Shown piece after piece: positions 58,609 to 64,000 of a stretch of DNA of 64,000 nt. Each line of letters starts with the position of its first letter. The stretch's first letter is position 1. The notes beneath the pieces are model-generated. The model made no database searches, was not told the origin of the DNA, and saw only the letters and a program-made list of their open reading frames with translations. The translations under genes were made by a program, and so were the position numbers. Source of the DNA: Lachnospiraceae bacterium UBA3401 (GTDB lineage Bacteria; Bacillota; Clostridia; Lachnospirales; Lachnospiraceae); NCBI GenBank assembly GCA_002358575.1, contig DEPD01000093.1, forward strand, positions 14,487 through 78,486. Reading direction: 5' to 3'.

Positions 58609-59451
58609 ATGGAAAAGACAGAAAATTTCTTTTTAATTCATAATTTTAATACAATACCGACAGATTTAATTGAGCTATGTAACGATTATATAATATATGA
58701 TTGTTCTGATAATCAGGAAGTCAAGACAAAACTCCATCAAATGAATCTATCTATAAAAGATGTTGAAAATACTGGGCATAATATAACAAGTTATTTTTCT
58801 TATTTTGCAGAATATTATGATTCCTTGCCAGAAGTTCTTTGTCTGTTAAAAGGAAATATGATTGGGCGGCATTGTTCGATGGGCTTTTTTCAACAGGTAT
58901 ATCAAAACAAAAGCTTTACTTTTTTGTATGAAGAAAAACAGTACTGGGATAAATATTCTAAATACAATGAAAATAAGGAGCAGAATGTGCTAGGAGATGC
59001 TTTTCTTGCCATGGAAAATATGTATATTGAGAAAAACAATTCTTGGTATGTACAGTCTCCCAATCATCCCAAGAAATATTTTAATGATGTGGATGACCTG
59101 ATGCGTTTTATTTATCAAGATCCAATGATTCCGCAGTATTTTGCTTTTTCGCCCGGTGCCTGTTATATTGTAAGGCGGGAACAGATTCAAATGCACAGCA
59201 AAGCGTTTTATTGGAATCTAAATAAATTAATGAATTATGGGTTGGATCCTGGATTTCCTTCCGAGGCACATCAGATAGAACGATTGCTGCCAATTCTCTT
59301 CACTTCTCACAGCGAAGTAAATGCGTGGATGAATGATGAGGCAGCATTTGAGAGAAAGCTGCCAGAGTGCAGCGCCTATATACAGTACAAGTACGAGAAC
59401 CGACCAAGACGTTTTAAGAAAATCCGAAAAGCGCTGGGGCTGATTCAATAG
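58609..59451 (+). CDS. Hypothetical soluble protein inside the glycan cluster
   Basis: Track ORF 58525..59451. ATG 58609 (MEKTENFFLIHNF) follows the upstream stop by 2 nt. No motif I can assign with confidence. Confidence 0.55.
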   Translation: MEKTENFFLIHNFNTIPTDLIELCNDYIIYDCSDNQEVKTKLHQMNLSIKDVENTGHNITSYFSYFAEYYDSLPEVLCLLKGNMIGRHCSMGFFQQVYQNKSFTFLYEEKQYWDKYSKYNENKEQNVLGDAFLAMENMYIEKNNSWYVQSPNHPKKYFNDVDDLMRFIYQDPMIPQYFAFSPGACYIVRREQIQMHSKAFYWNLNKLMNYGLDPGFPSEAHQIERLLPILFTSHSEVNAWMNDEAAFERKLPECSAYIQYKYENRPRRFKKIRKALGLIQ

Positions 59452-59461
59452 GAGGGGCACA

Positions 59462-60646
59462 ATGAAGTATGGTCAGGCAAAGAAGATAGGCGAAGCGTGT
59501 TTCTGGCTTGGATTAATGATAGAATTGTTGATTGTGATTGTGGACAAAAGTGCATATATTAATCCGTTAGAGAGTCAGTTATTTCGATTGACATTTCTGC
59601 TGTTCTGTATAAAAATCGCTTTGACCAAGTATTCGACAAAAGAATGGATATATATTTTGTTGACTGGTAGTCTGCTGTTTGTGTCTTATCGAATCAATGA
59701 AAAAGATGAGGCAGTACGAGTGGTTGCCTTTATCGCTTCCTGCAAAGGGATAGAGATAAAAAAGATGATGAAGGTAGTGTTTTGGGTTACTTTTACAGGT
59801 TGTATGATGCTGATGCTGCTGTCTGTGACAGGGCTTTATGGAAGTATCTCTATGACTGCTGATTTTGGAAGAGGCAGTCAGGGGGAACAGCTTTTTGAGA
59901 CAAGGTATACATTAGGTATGGGACACCCAAACGCGCTGCATGGTATGCTCTGGCTTGTCGGTATATTGGCATTTTACTGTTATGCAGATAGAGCAAAATG
60001 GTATTGGTTTGTTTTATTTCCGGTAATTGATATTATACTGTTTTTATTCACAGACTCAAAAACTGGATTCTTGGTGTGGCTTATGTCTGCCGCATTGATT
60101 CCTATAATGAAATATGGCAAAAGATGTAGAGAAGCAAAAGGAGTTTATCTGTTAGGGGCTGCTGTTGTGATAGGATGTATTGCTTTTTCTATGATTGGTT
60201 CTCATGTGGAGAATACTTATTTCACAACGGACTCATTGATGCATAAGCTGGATAAGGTATTGAATGGCAGATATCAAAGCTGCTATGCGGTTGAGGCAGC
60301 GCGGCTTGAAAACTGGAAATGGTTTGCTGCTGCGGAAAATACAGAATACTTTGATGCAGGATTTGTCAGGCTGTTTTACTGGTATGGAATTATACCTGGT
60401 ATCCTTTATATTCTGATGAATTTTTATCTTTTATATCAAAGTTATAAAGAAAAAGACATTGTTCTATTCTGTATGGTGGTCATTTTCTCCATTTATAATT
60501 TAATGGAGGCGCACTTTATTTCAGTGTATCTTTTAAGAAATTATCTCTTTGTACTAATGGGGTATTATTGGTATCAGCCATTTGCAGAGAAACAGGAGTT
60601 TGAAGGATATTTTTGGCAGGTGAAAAAACTGCTGGGAAAGGCGTAG
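59462..60646 (+). CDS. O-antigen polymerase/ligase family membrane protein (Wzy-like)
   Basis: 394 aa; RBS AGGAGGGG; about 10 TM segments. Outside loop FGRGSQGEQLFETRYTLGMGHPNALHGMLW is typical of the Wzy_C family. Confidence 0.7.
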   Translation: MKYGQAKKIGEACFWLGLMIELLIVIVDKSAYINPLESQLFRLTFLLFCIKIALTKYSTKEWIYILLTGSLLFVSYRINEKDEAVRVVAFIASCKGIEIKKMMKVVFWVTFTGCMMLMLLSVTGLYGSISMTADFGRGSQGEQLFETRYTLGMGHPNALHGMLWLVGILAFYCYADRAKWYWFVLFPVIDIILFLFTDSKTGFLVWLMSAALIPIMKYGKRCREAKGVYLLGAAVVIGCIAFSMIGSHVENTYFTTDSLMHKLDKVLNGRYQSCYAVEAARLENWKWFAAAENTEYFDAGFVRLFYWYGIIPGILYILMNFYLLYQSYKEKDIVLFCMVVIFSIYNLMEAHFISVYLLRNYLFVLMGYYWYQPFAEKQEFEGYFWQVKKLLGKA

Positions 60647-60649
60647 ACA

Positions 60650-61465
60650 ATGAAACTGGTAAGTGTGATTGTGTTGTCATATCGTTCTGCAGAGACAATT
60701 GTCGAGACACTTGATAGTATTAAAAACCAAACATATTCCAATATTGAACTGATTGTAACAGATGACGCCTCGCCTGACAATACAGTGCAGGTCGTGCGAA
60801 AATGGATTACAGAGAACAAAGGGACACTTGCGTCTATAAAACTTGTTACGTCTGATAAAAATACAGGGCTTCCTGCTAATATTAATAGAGGGCTTAAGGT
60901 GGCAAAAGGAGCATATTATAAGGGGATTGCTGGAGATGACTACATGACAAAAGACGCCGTTGAAAGTTATGTTCAATTCTGTGAGGAAAATCCAGGTGTA
61001 TTTCCAATTGCAAAAGTAGAATTATTTAATGATAAGAATCCAAATGCGGTGTATGCAGATGTACAGGCGTATTGTGACAGATGTTATGAGTTTGCTAGGA
61101 AAGAGCGGCAGGAACAATATCGCATGTTATTGATTCAGAATCGAATTGTGGCGCCGTCCGCTACATTTTATACGATGGATTTTATCAAAAAGGTTGGCGG
61201 CTATGATGAGCGCTACAGGTGGTTTGAGGATTATCCAATGAATTTGGAAGTTCTTCATGCAGGTTATGAGTTTGGATTGTTGGACAAGCAGATTGTGTAT
61301 TATCGCATGTCAGATAAATCCGTCACAGCATCAAATCTGCGGGAACTAAAAAAAGCGGAGAGAAAGCTCTTTTTTCAGAAACGATTTTGGTATATGTGGC
61401 AGAATGGCATGGGATGGGAGGCAGTCAAACAGTGTAAAAGTTGGCTGAAGATTGCACAAAACTAA
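60650..61465 (+). CDS. GT2 glycosyltransferase
   Basis: 271 aa. VSVIVLSYRSAETIVETLDSIKNQTYSNIELIVTDDASPDNT and AGDDYM. Confidence 0.85.
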   Translation: MKLVSVIVLSYRSAETIVETLDSIKNQTYSNIELIVTDDASPDNTVQVVRKWITENKGTLASIKLVTSDKNTGLPANINRGLKVAKGAYYKGIAGDDYMTKDAVESYVQFCEENPGVFPIAKVELFNDKNPNAVYADVQAYCDRCYEFARKERQEQYRMLLIQNRIVAPSATFYTMDFIKKVGGYDERYRWFEDYPMNLEVLHAGYEFGLLDKQIVYYRMSDKSVTASNLRELKKAERKLFFQKRFWYMWQNGMGWEAVKQCKSWLKIAQN

Positions 61466-61499
61466 TGTTTTAAAACAAAACAATAAAAAGGATTACAAA

Positions 61500-62675
61500 A
61501 TGAATATATTAATCATACCTGCTTTTTTTCAGACGAAAAAGAATCCAACTCTTGGAAGCTTTTTCTGGGATCAGGCATTGGCACTAAAGCGTGCAGGGCA
61601 TACAGTGACAATATTCTATAGCGACACTTATTCTGTAAAATGCATGAAAGATTATATGAGATATGAGGAAGAGTCTGTGTCTGAAAAAGAAGGAATTCTA
61701 ATATATCGTAGACGTTTTTTCTGTCTTCTAAAACATGGAATAGAAGGATATCGCGAAGTCTTTGCAAAAGGAATTTTGCAGCTGCATGAAAAGTATTGCG
61801 CTGAAGTAGGTCCCTTAGATGTTATTCATGCACACTGTTGTGTCTGGGCGGGGTATGCAGCGATGCGATTGTCAGAAAAAGTAGGTATTCCGTATGTTAT
61901 AACAGAACATGCGACCTTGTTTGAACTTCACAGAGATCAGATTTGCAAATCCAATGACCATTATATTAGACAAGCATTTGAGAAGGCAGCAAAAGTAATT
62001 TGTGTAAGTCGAGCATTTGCAAAACTGATATCGGAATACAGACCTTCCAATGATATTGAAGTGATTGGAAATGTTGTTGATTTTGAGCAATTCAAACCGT
62101 GCGCATGTGATTCACATCAGGAGGTGCGTTTTTTGACTGTTTGTTATATGAATACGTATGATCAGTTAAAGAAAAAAGGAATCGATATTCTTTTGAAGGC
62201 ATGGAAGGAATTTTCCAGAAAATATAGTACGGCAAAGCTTTTTATTGGCGGTGGTGGACAGGCAGCGCAAAAAGCGGTAGAATGGTGCAAGGAATATAAT
62301 ATAATGAATTCTGTAGAGTTTTTAGGAAGTCTGAATCGTAGTCAAGTAGTATCTCATATGCAACAGTGCGACTGTTTTGTGCTTCCAAGCCGCTATGAAA
62401 CTTTTGGTGTGGTCTATATTGAAGCAATGGCTTGCGGAAAACCAGTGATTGCAGTGGCAAACGGCGGACCAGATGATTTTGTGAAAGGTTTTAATGGAAT
62501 GTTGATAGAGCCAAATGATATCGCAGGTCTTCAACATGTTTTAGAACAGATGTACAATGAATGTAAAACATATGATTCAGGCATGATTCGGATATTTGCA
62601 CAAAATCGATTTAGTGAACAAGCCATTACCCAACAGTTAGAACAGACTTATCAGCTAGTTATAGGGAAAGGATAA
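61500..62675 (+). CDS. GT4 glycosyltransferase
   Basis: Track ORF 61452..62675. ATG 61500 (MNILIIPAFF) follows AAGGA. C-terminal LPSRYETFGVVYIEAMACGKPVIAVANGGPDDFV. Confidence 0.85.
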   Translation: MNILIIPAFFQTKKNPTLGSFFWDQALALKRAGHTVTIFYSDTYSVKCMKDYMRYEEESVSEKEGILIYRRRFFCLLKHGIEGYREVFAKGILQLHEKYCAEVGPLDVIHAHCCVWAGYAAMRLSEKVGIPYVITEHATLFELHRDQICKSNDHYIRQAFEKAAKVICVSRAFAKLISEYRPSNDIEVIGNVVDFEQFKPCACDSHQEVRFLTVCYMNTYDQLKKKGIDILLKAWKEFSRKYSTAKLFIGGGGQAAQKAVEWCKEYNIMNSVEFLGSLNRSQVVSHMQQCDCFVLPSRYETFGVVYIEAMACGKPVIAVANGGPDDFVKGFNGMLIEPNDIAGLQHVLEQMYNECKTYDSGMIRIFAQNRFSEQAITQQLEQTYQLVIGKG

Positions 62676-62679
62676 TAAA

Positions 62680-63429
62680 ATGGAAGAAATATTTGTGTCT
62701 GTTCTTACGCCATGTTATAACAGTGAAAGTACAATAGAGCAGACTTTGATAAGTATAGAAAATCAGACCTATAAAAATATAGAATATATTATAATTGATG
62801 GCGGCTCTGTTGATCGCACATTAGCATTGATTGAAGAACACCGCAACAGGCTTCCACAAAGGATTACGATTGTATCTGAGAAAGATCATGGCATATATGA
62901 TGCTATGAATAAGGGAATTTGTCTTGCAAAGGGACAGTTAATAGGAATTGTCAATAGTGATGACTGGTATGAAAAGGATACGATTGAACAGGCTGTAAGA
63001 CATTATCAGAATAATTCCTATGAGGTAGTGTATGGAATGCAGCGAAATTACTTTAAAAATAAAGAAAAATCAATATTTATTTATCATCATGATTTCCTTT
63101 CAGAGCAGATGATAACACATTCTACTTGTTTTGTGACAAAACAGGCGTATGATCGCTTTGGATTATTTGATACAAAATATCATTCTGCTGCAGATTATGA
63201 TTTAATGCTGCGCTTTTGGGAATCGCAGCAGGTCGTTTTTACTCCTGTAATGCAGGTGATGTCCAATTTTCGATTGGGAGGAATGTCATCTAGTCAAAAG
63301 GGTGTTCGCGAAAATGCATTGATTCGTTATACGCGGGGATATATTTCCAGAAAGCGCTATAATTATATTGTGCTTAAAAGTCGTTTATATGAGTGGCTGC
63401 ATAAAAATAATCGAGGAGAAAAACATTGA
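62680..63429 (+). CDS. GT2 glycosyltransferase
   Basis: 249 aa. VSVLTPCYNSESTIEQTLISIENQTYKNIEYIIIDGGSVDRT and NSDDWY. Confidence 0.85.
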   Translation: MEEIFVSVLTPCYNSESTIEQTLISIENQTYKNIEYIIIDGGSVDRTLALIEEHRNRLPQRITIVSEKDHGIYDAMNKGICLAKGQLIGIVNSDDWYEKDTIEQAVRHYQNNSYEVVYGMQRNYFKNKEKSIFIYHHDFLSEQMITHSTCFVTKQAYDRFGLFDTKYHSAADYDLMLRFWESQQVVFTPVMQVMSNFRLGGMSSSQKGVRENALIRYTRGYISRKRYNYIVLKSRLYEWLHKNNRGEKH

Positions 63430-64000
63430 AAATAGTGAATGAGTTTATAAAAAATTTATGCAGAAGACTAAATATTCAATTTCGTAAGATAGACCCTAGG
63501 CGAAGTGAAAATATTGTTTTGGGAATTAACTATGATTGTCTGAAAGAACAAAAAAAGATTCTGATTAGCTATATGGATTATGGAAGAACAGCATATTCGA
63601 TAAGACATACAATCTCTCATACAAATCTACAAGAAATGTTTCAACTGATTAAAGTATTGATTGATATGGATTTTTGCATTGATGTTTGTGGGTGCAATAA
63701 TGAAGATGCAGCAGCAGAAATTCCGTCAAATTATTATGATTATATTTTGGGTTTTGGAGATATGTTTCGACTGGCGAAAGAGAGAAATCCGAAAGCTTAT
63801 ACGATTATCTATATGACGGAAAATCCGTATTTTATATCAAGAAAAAGGGAACAAGAGCGAATAAATTATTATTATGAAAGAACAGGGAGAAAAATCTCTT
63901 TTGCCAGAACTGGTAAGTTTTACCATGAAGGTGATGAATTACTTGCAGATGCAGTAATCTGTCTAGGGGAAACAAAATATTTTAAAAATAAGATAGTAAG
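63426..64000 (+). CDS. Partial CDS of unknown function (3' end beyond window)
   Basis: The frame is open from TTG 63426 (TTGA overlap with the upstream stop) to the window end, so it is absent from the ORF track. Translation LKIVNEFIKNLCRRLNIQF...MTENPYFISRKREQERINYYYERTG. Its context suggests another glycan-cluster enzyme. Confidence 0.5.
   Translation, partial: MKIVNEFIKNLCRRLNIQFRKIDPRRSENIVLGINYDCLKEQKKILISYMDYGRTAYSIRHTISHTNLQEMFQLIKVLIDMDFCIDVCGCNNEDAAAEIPSNYYDYILGFGDMFRLAKERNPKAYTIIYMTENPYFISRKREQERINYYYERTGRKISFARTGKFYHEGDELLADAVICLGETKYFKNKIV

Noticed and set aside
1-64000. Search for defence systems, toxin-antitoxin pairs, prophage genes, rRNA/tRNA genes and CRISPR arrays.
   Set aside because: No ORF shows nuclease, helicase, methylase, Cas, phage-structural or toxin motifs, and no cloverleaf-like or rRNA-like stretches were noticed. 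Absence is judged by eye only.

Overview
This window is dense and almost entirely plus-strand coding. Gene content and codon style suggest a Clostridia/Lachnospiraceae-type Firmicute, but that is inference only. It falls into three blocks.

(A) 1-15.46 kb is a tightly coupled glycan-biosynthesis operon. It holds a 5'-truncated ATP-grasp ligase, five GT4 glycosyltransferases, a TviB/WbpO-like UDP-HexNAc dehydrogenase with a WbpP/TviC-like 4-epimerase, a DUF2334/deacetylase-like protein, a FemAB-like transferase, an AsnB-type amidotransferase and two paralogous 476-aa multipass membrane proteins. A clean rho-independent terminator closes it.

(B) 15.5-38.4 kb is a cell-surface and sensing block. 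It starts with a good sigma-A-type promoter and an MMPL/RND-type transporter whose stop overlaps the start of a ~1775-aa GLUG-motif protein with a signal peptide and a C-terminal TM anchor. Next come the decayed remains of a two-gene ABC exporter. The only minus-strand unit of the window follows: an orphan sugar-type SBP lipoprotein, a methyl-accepting transducer and a soluble PAS hybrid histidine kinase with two receiver domains. The block ends with a ~2180-aa secreted protein (Thr/Glu/Ser-rich 48-bp tandem repeats, GLUG region, about 14 Big_2 domains, no recognisable anchor) and a strong terminator.

(C) 38.5-64 kb is a second glycan block. It holds a second AsnB paralog, GT2 x4, GT4, two GT11 fucosyltransferase-like genes, GT17, an MBOAT with an SGNH-like partner, an MsbA/PglK-type ABC exporter, a Wzy-like polymerase and four further large GT-C-like or unknown multipass membrane proteins. 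It also contains a small mosaic of gene fragments that marks a cassette junction. This block runs off the right edge.

I saw no rRNA, tRNA, CRISPR array, transposase, integrase or recognisable defence genes. No Wzx flippase, initiating phosphoglycosyl transferase or chain-length regulator is present in the window. All family assignments come from motifs read by eye and need HMM or structure confirmation.
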